Positions 45,255-54,901 of a stretch of DNA of 64,000 nucleotides are shown here, piece after piece. Position 1 is the stretch's first letter, and each line of letters begins with the position of its first letter. The position numbers and the translations under genes were made by a program. The notes under the pieces were generated by a model, which was not told the DNA's origin, searched no databases, and was given only the letters and a program-made list of their open reading frames with translations. Source of the stretch: an uncultured Chryseobacterium sp. (GTDB lineage Bacteria > Bacteroidota > Bacteroidia > UBA10329); contig CAZCNS010000004.1 in the NCBI GenBank assembly GCA_964500205.1, forward strand, positions 98,260 to 162,259. Direction: 5' to 3'.

Positions 45255-46070
45255 TCACTTCACATTCTTCATATTGGACGTACTGAAAAACGAATCCTCA
45301 ATCGGTTTGTCGAATTCGATCGAGGTTATCTCCATCATCGTCTTGTTGCCTGGCTTATCGACTGGGATCATCTCCATCTTGGACGCCAGCTTTTTCCCAC
45401 CCAATTCCTTGATGTCTGATGAGTTGAGGATGTTGATGAGGTAGCCGTCCTCGTCATACATCTCGCTGCGGAGCTGGATGAAGTCGGCTTTGTCGATGAA
45501 GAGGATGATGCGGCCCCAGACCACGGCTGCATCGGGCTTGGGGTCGAGTTGGATTTTCCAGCAGTTGCGTCCGAGAATGGTGCTGTCGCCCACGATGCTG
45601 TGGGTGTAGTCGTTGAGGGTCGATGATTCGCGCACGAGGTCATCGTTGGTGAAGTCGGTGCCCATCCAGCTCTGCATCATCATGCTGGGCGGCAGTTTGA
45701 TGGTGCGCTCAATGCTGGGCATCCAGTTCCATATCTCCTTCTCGCGCTTGAGGAATGCCGTTCCCCTGTCCTTCGCGGGCGAACGGACGACCGAGAGGCT
45801 GAAATCCTCCCCCTTGCTCCAACTCTTAAGAGTCATCTCGCGGGTCCACTTGGGACGCACGGTGGTGATGGTCATCTCGGTGATGGCCGATTTGGTGCCG
45901 CGCATCTTCTGGTCGGCCATCTCGATGATTTCGCGGACGGTTTGAGCTTGAGCTGCAAGCTGTACGCTACAAGCCACAAGCACGAGGAGCGGCAAGCGAT
46001 AAGCCACAAGCCGCGAGCGCGATTTGAATAGCGCAGGAGTGAGGGTTAGGATGGTTTGATTTTTTGTCAT
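45255..46070 (-). CDS. Outer-membrane lipoprotein-sorting (LolA-like, DUF4292-type) protein
   Basis: Signal peptide, about 250 aa of beta-rich sequence, and context with the LolCDE-like ABC genes. Confidence 0.55.
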   Translation of the reverse strand: MTKNQTILTLTPALFKSRSRLVAYRLPLLVLVACSVQLAAQAQTVREIIEMADQKMRGTKSAITEMTITTVRPKWTREMTLKSWSKGEDFSLSVVRSPAKDRGTAFLKREKEIWNWMPSIERTIKLPPSMMMQSWMGTDFTNDDLVRESSTLNDYTHSIVGDSTILGRNCWKIQLDPKPDAAVVWGRIILFIDKADFIQLRSEMYDEDGYLINILNSSDIKELGGKKLASKMEMIPVDKPGNKTMMEITSIEFDKPIEDSFFSTSNMKNVK

Positions 46071-46209
46071 CTTATTTTGAGCTAAATGCTAATGGCTACG
46101 TTCCTATATCTATCTGCTTGTGGCCCCGCTCTGCGGGATTTCGCTTCTCTCAACTTGCTGCTTATGGCTTTCATTGCTTGCGGCTTGTAGCTAATGGCTT
46201 GCGGCTTTC

Positions 46210-46785
46210 TTAAGCGAACTGCTCTATCACCATCTGTTTCACTTTTTCCACGGGAAAATTGTCGGGGTCGAGGAGGGCGTGCATCTGCACCCCATCGAGC
46301 ACGGCATTGTAGTAGCGCATCATGGTCACAGGGTCTTCATAGCCTTTGGCGTGGAAATACTGCGACATGCTCATCATAAAGGGCGTCACCTTGGGCAGCA
46401 TGGTCTCCATCAGTAACGGGGTCACATCGGGCTGGAACGCCAGCGACATGTAGAGTTTCCACCGTTGGGGTTCTTGCACGGCAATATCGATGCTCACTTC
46501 GATGATCTCAATGAACCGTTCCCGGGTCAACTCTTCGCCCGGGGTGATTCTGAGCAACCCTACCACAACATCGAACAGGTCGTTCACCAACGTGAGCAAC
46601 ACCTGCTCCTTGCTCTCGAAATAGTTGTACATCAATCCCTTGCTCACGCCCGCCTCCTTGGCGATCATGCTGACCGAGGCCGAGTGGTAGCCGTTGTTGG
46701 CAAACACCGTCAGTGCTGCATCAAGGATGGCCTGCCTGCGGTCTTTGCGGAGGTCTTCGAACTGCTGCTTGGTGCGTGGCGACAT
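46210..46785 (-). CDS. TetR/AcrR family transcriptional regulator
   Basis: N-terminal HTH ...SVSMIAKEAGVSKGLMYNYFESKE... Confidence 0.85.
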   Translation of the reverse strand: MSPRTKQQFEDLRKDRRQAILDAALTVFANNGYHSASVSMIAKEAGVSKGLMYNYFESKEQVLLTLVNDLFDVVVGLLRITPGEELTRERFIEIIEVSIDIAVQEPQRWKLYMSLAFQPDVTPLLMETMLPKVTPFMMSMSQYFHAKGYEDPVTMMRYYNAVLDGVQMHALLDPDNFPVEKVKQMVIEQFA

Positions 46786-46880
46786 TGTTTATGACTGAAC
46801 GGTCGGTCAAAGGAATGGAAAGTTTTTGAATGAACGGGTGGTCAGTGAAAAATATTTTGCGACAGACCCGCTGGTCTTGC

Positions 46881-47777
46881 TCAGAGATGTGCGGCAATTT
46901 CCCGCGCCATCAGCCTTGCCGCCAACGGATGATGCCGCAGCCACAGCTCAGGCTCTATCAGTTCCAGCTCGGTGAGTGCCGACCTGCCATCATTGTCTCG
47001 GATGATGTCCGCACGGGCATAGACCGGTGCAATGCTGCAGGCGGCAACAGCGTTCTCAGCGAATTCAATCTCTTCCGAAGTCGGCTCGTAAGTCATGGCC
47101 GTCCCCCCGAAATCATCCTGCACCCGGAAGTCGCCCGCCTTGGCCCGCTTCAACACCGCATGGGAGTATTTCCCCCCGATGACCATCAGGCTCATCTCGC
47201 CTTGTTCTACCACGTTGTGTTGGAAAGGCTGCAACAACATGGCCTCGTTGCGGGTCAGTTCGTGGAAGATGGCATCGTGCATTCCCAGATTGTTCTGGTT
47301 CAATCGGTAGGTGTGCCGCGCAGCCCCAGCGATGGCGGGTTTCAGAACGGTCTCCGTCCAACCTGTCCGAGCGTGTATTCCTAGCAATGATTCCTCCGTC
47401 CCAGCCTCGATGAACAGCGTCTCAGGAATGTGGATACCGCGTTGGTTCAGGTCGCGGAGGTAGTGCTTGTCCCAGTTCCAACGGATAAGTGCGGGCGGAT
47501 TCACAAGCTTTGTTCTCTGCTCCACCATCGCCAACCAATCCCTGAACTCAGCGAAACGGTTGAAGTAGTCCCACGTGGTGCGGAACACGGCCATTTGCGT
47601 GCTTCCCCAGTCGAAATCGGGGTCTGCCCAGTCCTTCCTCATCACGCGGAGGCCCAGTTTCTCCAACTCGGCCGTGAGCAATGCGTCATCCTCCAGAATC
47701 TGACGGGCGTACCAGTCTGGGTTTACGGGGTTGACGTAGCGAGACTCGGTGAGGAAGACGATATCGAATTCGGGCAT
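46881..47777 (-). CDS. ATP-grasp family protein (RimK/GshB-like)
   Basis: 298 aa with a central ATP-grasp pattern (LVLKPAIAGAARHTYRL ... MVIGGKYSHAV). Confidence 0.6.
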   Translation of the reverse strand: MPEFDIVFLTESRYVNPVNPDWYARQILEDDALLTAELEKLGLRVMRKDWADPDFDWGSTQMAVFRTTWDYFNRFAEFRDWLAMVEQRTKLVNPPALIRWNWDKHYLRDLNQRGIHIPETLFIEAGTEESLLGIHARTGWTETVLKPAIAGAARHTYRLNQNNLGMHDAIFHELTRNEAMLLQPFQHNVVEQGEMSLMVIGGKYSHAVLKRAKAGDFRVQDDFGGTAMTYEPTSEEIEFAENAVAACSIAPVYARADIIRDNDGRSALTELELIEPELWLRHHPLAARLMAREIAAHL

Positions 47778-47825
47778 CAGAAAAATGGAAGGTTGAAAAT
47801 AGTGTGGCCGATATGTGGCTTTGTA

Positions 47826-47864
47826 CGAATTCCCCCTCTCCTTGGGAGAGGGGTCAGGGGAGAG
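47826..47864. repeat. 39-bp element GAATTCCCCCTCTCCTTGGGAGAGGGGTCAGGGGAGAGG; its inverted-orientation copy is at ~48720-48758
   Basis: The two copies match exactly as reverse complements. Each contains the 9-bp-stem hairpin CCCCTCTCC-TTG-GGAGAGGGG. Together they flank the 47868-48617 hydrolase gene. Confidence 0.85.
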
Positions 47865-47867
47865 GTC

Positions 47868-48617
47868 TCACACCCTCTCCTCCAACCAAGGCCCCAGCAG
47901 CCTGTTGAACTCCTCGGGGTGCTCCATCATGGGCGCGTGGCCGCACTTGTCAATCCAGAAAAGGGACGAATCAGGCAGCAGCTGGTGAAACTCCTCGGCC
48001 ACCTCGGGCGGGGTCACCGTGTCGTTGCGGCCCCAGATGAGGCACACAGGGATGGTGATGCTCGGTAGCTCATCGCGCATGTTGTGGCGGATGGCCGATT
48101 TCGCGATGGCCAGAATGCGGAACAGCTTCGACTTGTCGTTGATGATGCCGAACACCTCCTCCACCAGCTCGTCCGTGGCGTTGGCGGGGTCGTAGAAAGT
48201 GGTCTCCACCTTGTTGCGGATGTAGCTCCTGTCCTCCCTGCGCGGGAACGAACCCCCGAACGCATTCTCATACAGCCCCGAACTGCCCGTGAGGATCAAT
48301 GCCCGCACCATCTTCGGGTGCTTCACGGTATAGACCAGTGAAACGTGCCCGCCCAGCGAGTTGCCCAGCAGCGTCACGTCCTTGTAGCCACGGTCGTTGA
48401 TGAACGTGTGGATGTAATCGGCCAGTGCTGGGACGTTCGTCCTTTTCAAGGGAAGGTCATAGATGGGCATGAGCGGGATAACCACTCTGTAGCGCTGGGA
48501 GAAATGCCCCAGCACATGGGTGAAGTTACTCAGCGCACCGAACAGCCCGTGTAGCACGATAAGCACTGGCCCCTCGCCCTGCTCAATGAATCTGTGCTGT
48601 CCCTGTTCCTGTATCAC
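47868..48617 (-). CDS. Alpha/beta hydrolase
   Basis: HGLFGA and GNSLGG motifs. GTG start. Flanked by the inverted 39-bp elements. Confidence 0.75.
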   Translation of the reverse strand: MIQEQGQHRFIEQGEGPVLIVLHGLFGALSNFTHVLGHFSQRYRVVIPLMPIYDLPLKRTNVPALADYIHTFINDRGYKDVTLLGNSLGGHVSLVYTVKHPKMVRALILTGSSGLYENAFGGSFPRREDRSYIRNKVETTFYDPANATDELVEEVFGIINDKSKLFRILAIAKSAIRHNMRDELPSITIPVCLIWGRNDTVTPPEVAEEFHQLLPDSSLFWIDKCGHAPMMEHPEEFNRLLGPWLEERV

Positions 48618-48719
48618 TGCTCCTGTTTATGGACTTCAAAATTAGAAAGCCGTTCTGCGCCCCTGTTGGCTTTTATCAATGAAAGGAAAGGTTCTCGGAA
48701 GGATAATGTTCAAAGTTGA

Positions 48720-48758
48720 CCTCTCCCCTGACCCCTCTCCCAAGGAGAGGGGGAATTC
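48720..48758. repeat. Inverted copy of the 39-bp hairpin-containing element
   Basis: Exact reverse complement of 47826-47864. Confidence 0.85.
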
Positions 48759-48805
48759 GGGGCGCGCCATTCGCCATATTCGTACCCATTCGAAATTAGC
48801 AACCA

Positions 48806-50467
48806 TCAAAAACTGAAGTGAAGCCCCGCAATGAAACTGAACCGCTGTGACGGATACCTGTCCCAAAGCTCATAGCGCATCGCACCGATGTTGCGGAAGT
48901 CCACGAACGCGCCCAGCCATTTCTTGTAGCGGTATTCCACCCCGAGGTTCGCATCCACGAAGGCATCCAGCCCGATCTTGGTATAGCGTTCCCCGAACGG
49001 GGTGACCTCATAACCCCGCGCCACCCGCTGACTCTGCGCCACGATACCCGCCTTGAAGATGAACTTGTCATTCAGGTTGTAATTGGCCCCGAACTGGAAC
49101 CTGAACGGTGCCTCGTGCCACGGGGCGATGCTGTCGCTCGGCATGGTGAAGAAGCGGTAGTCCGCCTGCGCCACCAGTTGCAGCTTCTCTTTCAGGTGGT
49201 AGCTCAGCTCACCGCTGATGCTCGTCACCATCACATCGTGATACTCTGGCGTGAAGCGGTTGCCCACCCCGTCACTCCAGTCGTTGACCCAGAACAGCTG
49301 CTGGCCCGTGATTACCTGCGCCACGCTGATGTCGTAGGCCAGCCCTCGGAAGATGATACCCTTGAAACCGCCCCACACGTTCAGTCGCTCCCAACTGTTG
49401 CTCAGCGTCAGGTCGGTGAGGGCGAAGGGGTTCACCTGCGAGATGGTGCGCAGGCCGTTGCGCTGCACCCCGCCCTTGGCCCCCGCATAGAAGCGGAAGA
49501 TGTCCTGCACCAGGAAATAGTGGAAGTCCAGCACGGGGAACACCATCACCTGGGTCGTGGTGTCGTTGATGTCGAGCGAGAGGTTGGCGCCCACCGCAAT
49601 GCCCCACCGCTTGCGCACCGCACGGAACTCAGGCTCGAAGCCGATGACCCCGTTGTTCAGCGACTGCGTGGGCATGTCGTTGCGCCAGTAGTCGCCCGTG
49701 ATGCGGCCGTAGAGCTTCTCCTTCTTGATGTTGAACACCAGTTCCACATCGGCCTTGGCGTGATGCTCGCGGCTGGCGAAGCGGTCGGTGGTGAAACCGT
49801 AGCCGATGCCCGCGCGGTTCAGGTGGCGCAGCTTCTTGCCGTCCTGCATGGCCGCGAGGTCCATGCTCACACCGATGTGGTGGAACGACTGGCGGATGTC
49901 ATTGTCGGCAAAGGCCGTGTCCTCTGGGTTGTAGCCGTAGAAGAAATTGCCATCATGGTCGTAGGTGATGCGCTCGGTGAGGGTGTGGCCCTTGAAGAAC
50001 TTCTTGCCGAAGAGGTCAACGCCCGCATCGGTGAAGCCGAACGGACGGCCGTCAAGCTCTGCGAACGAGGCGTGGTAGCGCGCAAACCCGCCCGCTTGGA
50101 ACGACTTGCTGCGCAGGCTGCCGAAGCTCGCCTCGAAGAACGGCATGGTGTAGTTGCCGAAGCCCACCTTGAGGTGGCCGCTGCGCAGCTTGGTCAGCGG
50201 CTCGTTGGCCAGCTGGGCCGCGTTCAGGGGCTGGGTCTCGTACTTCAGCTCCTGCCGCACGGGCAGCACCGAGTACTCCATCTCGGGCAGGGCGGCCGTG
50301 TCCGTAGGCACTTCGGGTGCGGGGATGATGCGCTGTGCATCCCGCGCCACGGGGCGGTACTCCTTCCTGATGGTGAACCGCAGACTGTCGGGCAGGGTCT
50401 GCTGGGCCACCACGGGCAGCGTGAGCAGCATCGCTCCGAGGGTCAGTATGCGGGGTAGTTGCTTCAT
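48806..50467 (-). CDS. Outer-membrane beta-barrel protein (putative porin), hypothetical
   Basis: Signal peptide MKQLPRILTLGAMLLTLPVVAQ. 553 aa with amphipathic beta-strands and a C-terminal ...GLHFSF. Confidence 0.55.
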   Translation of the reverse strand: MKQLPRILTLGAMLLTLPVVAQQTLPDSLRFTIRKEYRPVARDAQRIIPAPEVPTDTAALPEMEYSVLPVRQELKYETQPLNAAQLANEPLTKLRSGHLKVGFGNYTMPFFEASFGSLRSKSFQAGGFARYHASFAELDGRPFGFTDAGVDLFGKKFFKGHTLTERITYDHDGNFFYGYNPEDTAFADNDIRQSFHHIGVSMDLAAMQDGKKLRHLNRAGIGYGFTTDRFASREHHAKADVELVFNIKKEKLYGRITGDYWRNDMPTQSLNNGVIGFEPEFRAVRKRWGIAVGANLSLDINDTTTQVMVFPVLDFHYFLVQDIFRFYAGAKGGVQRNGLRTISQVNPFALTDLTLSNSWERLNVWGGFKGIIFRGLAYDISVAQVITGQQLFWVNDWSDGVGNRFTPEYHDVMVTSISGELSYHLKEKLQLVAQADYRFFTMPSDSIAPWHEAPFRFQFGANYNLNDKFIFKAGIVAQSQRVARGYEVTPFGERYTKIGLDAFVDANLGVEYRYKKWLGAFVDFRNIGAMRYELWDRYPSQRFSFIAGLHFSF

Positions 50468-50497
50468 TAAATTAAATCACATTCTTGCCTTGTTGAA

Positions 50498-51592
50498 CTA
50501 TAGTCTTATTTCTGATGACACATCCTCTAGGAGTTGTATGAAATCTCTTAACATAGATGTATTCAGTTTTTTCGGATTATGCACCAAATCGTTTCTAAAT
50601 CTTCGTAAACTATCGAGTTTGGCTGCCATCCCTGAATCAATCTTTTCCGCACGACTAACAGTTCGAATTGCTTCGAGCATCGTGGGGTTGCGACTGGTAG
50701 AATCTCCCACATGACTTATGAGCTTCTCTTCCAACTCAGCCCACTTCTGCAAAAACTCACCAACATCACCCGTCTGGAGTCCCTTATCCGCGAGGTCTTT
50801 TATTTCCTTACATAAATGAAAAATTGGGTCGTTGTCAGGATACAAGGACAATTTTGGGATTGGGTCAAAGCCATCACCCCAAAACGACTTATTAGTTGGA
50901 ATCTGGAACTTCGCCACTAGTCTTCGGTTAAAGTCCAATTCTGTTTTGTGCTCGTAATTGTAAGTGATTTCATCAGTTCCTGCCAAGTAACCTTCTTGAA
51001 AGTACGGTCTTAACGCAGTTGGGGGGCAAATGGACAGCAGTCTTATGTTGACCAAATCATGTTCAGAATTTATCGTTATTCTATTTGTTAGATAAGGTAG
51101 CCCAAATACAAATATGTATGCACTATCACCTTCATTTCCCATTGTAGCAAATGAGCATGCTACTCTCAGCGAATGGGTGAAATCGAGATATGGTGTATCA
51201 CAAACCTCATAGTGCTGAAGAACACTCCATTGCACCGCTTTTCTTCTCTTCAACTCCTTGAAGCCTTCAATTTCTTTCTGTTCAAACAGCTCAACAAGTG
51301 CTCTACTTGCACCCTCCAAAACATCGAATTTTCTTCGCATGTCTCGATGAAGGACGTATTCACCACGGTAGATGCTTGGATAAAAAGTAGAACTACCTGC
51401 CTTATTTCTATAGTCCTTGGATTGTCCCCTGTAGAAAAGCAGATGGTCTTTATTCTTAAAAGAAAGCTTCGCAGTTTGTTCCACCAGTTCACGGAAGGTC
51501 TTCACCTGATACGCATCAGACGAACCAACCTTGGTGTTTTCACCAAAGTGACTCAGTAACTCCTCCGTAAGTGTTGGCTGAATGTCTCGCAT
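50498..51592 (-). CDS. FRG-domain protein with C-terminal HEPN-like (Rx4H) domain; candidate defence/abortive-infection effector
   Basis: The FRG signature LLFYRGQSKDY...FYPSIYRG ... LQHYEVCDTPYLDFTHSLRVACSFA is read directly. The C-terminal helical region carries LRRFRNDLVHN, matching the HEPN R-x4-H motif. The gene is about 40% GC, 14 bp downstream of the TPR gene stop, with an internal ATG (MRDIQPTL) preferred as start. Confidence 0.6.
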   Translation of the reverse strand: MRDIQPTLTEELLSHFGENTKVGSSDAYQVKTFRELVEQTAKLSFKNKDHLLFYRGQSKDYRNKAGSSTFYPSIYRGEYVLHRDMRRKFDVLEGASRALVELFEQKEIEGFKELKRRKAVQWSVLQHYEVCDTPYLDFTHSLRVACSFATMGNEGDSAYIFVFGLPYLTNRITINSEHDLVNIRLLSICPPTALRPYFQEGYLAGTDEITYNYEHKTELDFNRRLVAKFQIPTNKSFWGDGFDPIPKLSLYPDNDPIFHLCKEIKDLADKGLQTGDVGEFLQKWAELEEKLISHVGDSTSRNPTMLEAIRTVSRAEKIDSGMAAKLDSLRRFRNDLVHNPKKLNTSMLRDFIQLLEDVSSEIRL

Positions 51593-51605
51593 TACTTCAC
51601 ATACA

Positions 51606-54600
51606 TTATTCCTCCTCCACTTCCTCAACCCCCTCAAAAAGCTTCGCATCGCGTTGCCGTTCCTGCTCAAATTCCACCTCGAACGATGAACCGTCCTGCC
51701 GTTCCTGTAGGCGCGGCTGCGCGGCATTGATGGCGTCCAGCTTCTTCTGCGCATCCTCCTTGAGCACACCGAGGTAGTTGTCCACCACGTTCTGCAATGT
51801 GAGCTTGGCCTGGAAGAGGTCGCCCTGCTTCTCGTAGCTGTCGGCCAGCAGGATGAACGCCTTGGCTATCCACACCTTGTAGTTGGGGAAGATGTTGACC
51901 ATCTCGAACACCATGCGCTCGGTCTCCTCATAGTTGCCGCTGAGGAACTGGATGCGCGCGAGGTTGTACATGGCCTCGGCCCCCATCTCGCTGTTGCTGC
52001 GCAGCAGGGTCTCCTGAAAACGGGCCTCGGCCATCCGCAGGTCGTTCTGCGCCAGCGCGCACTTGGCGGATATGAGGTGGGCCTCGCTCACCAGTTCCTG
52101 CGGGGCGCGGTCGGCACGGATCACCTTCTGGGCATACTCCTCGGCCTGCCCGAAACTGTTGAGTGCAAAGTGGCTGCGCATCAGTCCCGCGCGGGCCTCC
52201 AGCAGGTTGTCCGCCCGCTCGGCCAGCTCCTCCAGCATGGTGAAGCGCAGCATGGCCTCCTGGTGCCGCTGCTGTGCGGTGTAGATGCGCCCAGCGGCCA
52301 GCAGCGACCGCTCGGTGAAGCCGTTCTTGGCGAAACTCAGCACCTTGTCGTAGCCGCGCAGGGCATCGTCATACATCCTGAGCTGGTTGGCGGCCTCGGC
52401 CTGATAGAAGTGCGCGTTGAGGGCGAAATACCCGTTGGGGAAGCGGTCGAGGTAGCCGCCCAGCTCCTTGATGGCGTTGCTGAGGTCGCCCCTTACGTAG
52501 CGCAGCTCCGCAGCCTGATAGTAGGAGGTGTCGAGCGCGCCCTTGGTGATGTCCGGGAAGTCCTTGGAGGCCATGTAAGTTTCAAACCCAGCCACATCGG
52601 TGTTCTCGATGTATATCTTCTGAATCTTCATCAGCGCCTCCTTGGCCTCGGGCGTGGCGGGGTGGTTCTCGGCCACATCCTTGAAGACGGGCAGGGCGCG
52701 GTCGTCATCGCTCTGGTTGTAGAAGATGAGGCCACGGTTGAGCTTCGCCCTGCGCATGTAGCTGCTGTTGGGGTGCTCGGCAATGATGCGGTCGAACCAA
52801 GCGAGGGCATCGGTGGTGTTGTCCATGAAGAAATAGGTCTCGCCTATCTCGTATTTCGCGTCAGCGGCAAATCCCGTCCTGGGGTAGTTGTCGAGCATGG
52901 CCTTGAGCGTCTCGACCTTGCTGGCCGACTTGCCCTGAATGCCGTAGCACACGGCTATCTGGAAGATGGCGTAGTCGGCATCGGGCCGCTGCATCCGCAG
53001 GGCGCGGTCGTAGAATTCGATGGCGAGGCCAGGGTTGCGCTGCAGATAGTAGCAGTCGCCTGTGCGCATGTGGGCATCGCTGATGCGGGCGCTGTCCTGC
53101 CCCGTCAGCTCGGTGAACCTGCGGAACCACGATGCGGCCTCGGTGTAGTTCTCCTGGTCGAAATAGAGGTAGCCCATGCCGTAGTGCGCCATGCCGTACT
53201 CAGGCAGGCGGATGGCCCCTGGCGACTCGATGAAACTCGTGTAGTACTCCTGCGCGGCCTTCGGCTTTTTCATGCGGGCATACGCCTCAGCCTTCCAGAA
53301 ACGGCCCTGCGCAAGGGTGTGCTGGTCGATGGGATATTTCTCGGCAAGGTGGAAGAAATGCACCGCCCGCTCGAACTTGAGGTCGTGCATCAGCTCGGTG
53401 CCACGGGTGTAGGCCACGCGCTGATAGGTGCGCTGCAATTCGGGGTCCTTCTTCTTGATGCGCTCGATGGCATCGATGGCGGCCTCGTAGTTGCGGGTCA
53501 CCAAGTAGATTTGGAGCAGGAAGCTGTACGATTCGTCAATCCGCTCGCTCTCTGGGTGGCTGGCGATGTACTCGCTGAACGCCTGCACGGCCTCGTTATA
53601 GGGGTCGAAGCTGAGTTTGTAGGCCAGCTTCGCGAAGTTGAACAACGCGTCCTCCTGCAGTTTCTCATTGAACGAGAGGCGCGATGCGGAACGGAAGGCG
53701 TTACGGGCCTGCATCTTCTGCCCGTCCTTGAGGTGGCAGTCGCCCATGTGGTAGTACGACAGTTGGGCCATGGCGTCCTGCTCACGCACTACCTGACTGA
53801 AATAGTTGACGGCCTTGGTGCAGTCGCCCGCGCGGTAGCTGGCATAGCCGAGCTTGTAGCGGTCATCGCGGTTGCCGCCCAGTTCGGCCACGGCCTGTTC
53901 GAGGTGCGGCACGGCCTTGGCGTAGCGTTCGAGGCTGTAGTTGGCCTCACCGAGAATGCGATGCACCTCGCCCGTCTTGCCCTTGGCGAAGTCCTTCTTC
54001 AAAAGGGCCTCTCCGTAAGTAATGACCTCCTCGTTGTTCTGCTGGCGGTAGAGTATCTGCAGGATGTAGAACGGCACGGTGCTGCCGAACAGCGCATCGT
54101 CCTCCAACTCGCGGAAACCCTTGAGGGCCATCTCGTTGTTGCCTTTCCGATAAAGGATGTAGGAATTGTAATAGATGGCGGGCGAGCGGTATTTCTTGCC
54201 GCCTTTCATCACGTGGGCCAGCGCGTCCTGCGCCTCGGGGTACTGCTCCTGCTGGAAATGCGCGTAGCCTTTCTTGAAGTAGAATTCCTCCAGATAGGAG
54301 TCGTCCAGCTCGTGGGGGTCCACCTTGGCGAACGCATCCGTCACAGCTTTGAACTTTTTCCTGTGGAAATGGCTGCGTCCGAGATGGAAATGCGCGTCCA
54401 CCGACTTGGGATGCTCTGGGTGCGAGGCCACGAAGCCTTCCATCATCGGCTCACCATCGGGGTTGAAGAGTTCCAGCGCATCGAGGGCGGAGTAGAACCC
54501 GCTGTTCTCCACGATGATGGAGGGCAGTTCGTCCCTGCGCTGCAAGGCACGGTCGAAGTGGTGCTGCGCCACGGAGTATTTCTGTTTCTGCTGATGCTCC

Positions 54601-54716
54601 AAGGCCACGTTGTACTCCCGCATCGGGCCGTAGTCGTTGGCCACGCGCTGGGCGAGGGCATCTGAGACGGTAATGATTGCGACCGCAAATGCCAGCACAG
54701 CAGTGCGGGAAAGCAT
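51606..54716 (-). CDS. Tetratricopeptide-repeat protein (about 1036 aa), secreted/lipoprotein-like
   Basis: Signal peptide MLSRTAVLAFAVAIITVSDALAQ, followed by TPR-like helical repeats throughout and an acidic C-terminus. Confidence 0.75.
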   Translation of the reverse strand: MLSRTAVLAFAVAIITVSDALAQRVANDYGPMREYNVALEHQQKQKYSVAQHHFDRALQRRDELPSIIVENSGFYSALDALELFNPDGEPMMEGFVASHPEHPKSVDAHFHLGRSHFHRKKFKAVTDAFAKVDPHELDDSYLEEFYFKKGYAHFQQEQYPEAQDALAHVMKGGKKYRSPAIYYNSYILYRKGNNEMALKGFRELEDDALFGSTVPFYILQILYRQQNNEEVITYGEALLKKDFAKGKTGEVHRILGEANYSLERYAKAVPHLEQAVAELGGNRDDRYKLGYASYRAGDCTKAVNYFSQVVREQDAMAQLSYYHMGDCHLKDGQKMQARNAFRSASRLSFNEKLQEDALFNFAKLAYKLSFDPYNEAVQAFSEYIASHPESERIDESYSFLLQIYLVTRNYEAAIDAIERIKKKDPELQRTYQRVAYTRGTELMHDLKFERAVHFFHLAEKYPIDQHTLAQGRFWKAEAYARMKKPKAAQEYYTSFIESPGAIRLPEYGMAHYGMGYLYFDQENYTEAASWFRRFTELTGQDSARISDAHMRTGDCYYLQRNPGLAIEFYDRALRMQRPDADYAIFQIAVCYGIQGKSASKVETLKAMLDNYPRTGFAADAKYEIGETYFFMDNTTDALAWFDRIIAEHPNSSYMRRAKLNRGLIFYNQSDDDRALPVFKDVAENHPATPEAKEALMKIQKIYIENTDVAGFETYMASKDFPDITKGALDTSYYQAAELRYVRGDLSNAIKELGGYLDRFPNGYFALNAHFYQAEAANQLRMYDDALRGYDKVLSFAKNGFTERSLLAAGRIYTAQQRHQEAMLRFTMLEELAERADNLLEARAGLMRSHFALNSFGQAEEYAQKVIRADRAPQELVSEAHLISAKCALAQNDLRMAEARFQETLLRSNSEMGAEAMYNLARIQFLSGNYEETERMVFEMVNIFPNYKVWIAKAFILLADSYEKQGDLFQAKLTLQNVVDNYLGVLKEDAQKKLDAINAAQPRLQERQDGSSFEVEFEQERQRDAKLFEGVEEVEEE

Positions 54717-54901
54717 CGTGGAGTCGGGCTTTATGTGGCGCGTCATGTCTCGGCTAAAGTAGCGGGATGCCATTCGTGGCATTTTTCGCCACTGGCGTAC
54801 TTATGAACGCGGAAGTGTTGAAATTATTGGCAACATGACATATCGAAGTCAAGGCGCATCCGTCTGCCAGAATGAGAAGCAAGCCGTCTGAAAATCGAGG
54901 C

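Noticed and set aside
49115-50458. 447-aa plus-strand ORF
   Set aside because: Antisense to the porin-like OMP gene. Arg/Gly/His-rich artefact.
52077-54665. 862-aa plus-strand ORF
   Set aside because: Antisense to the TPR protein gene and has no recognisable domains. High-GC artefact.
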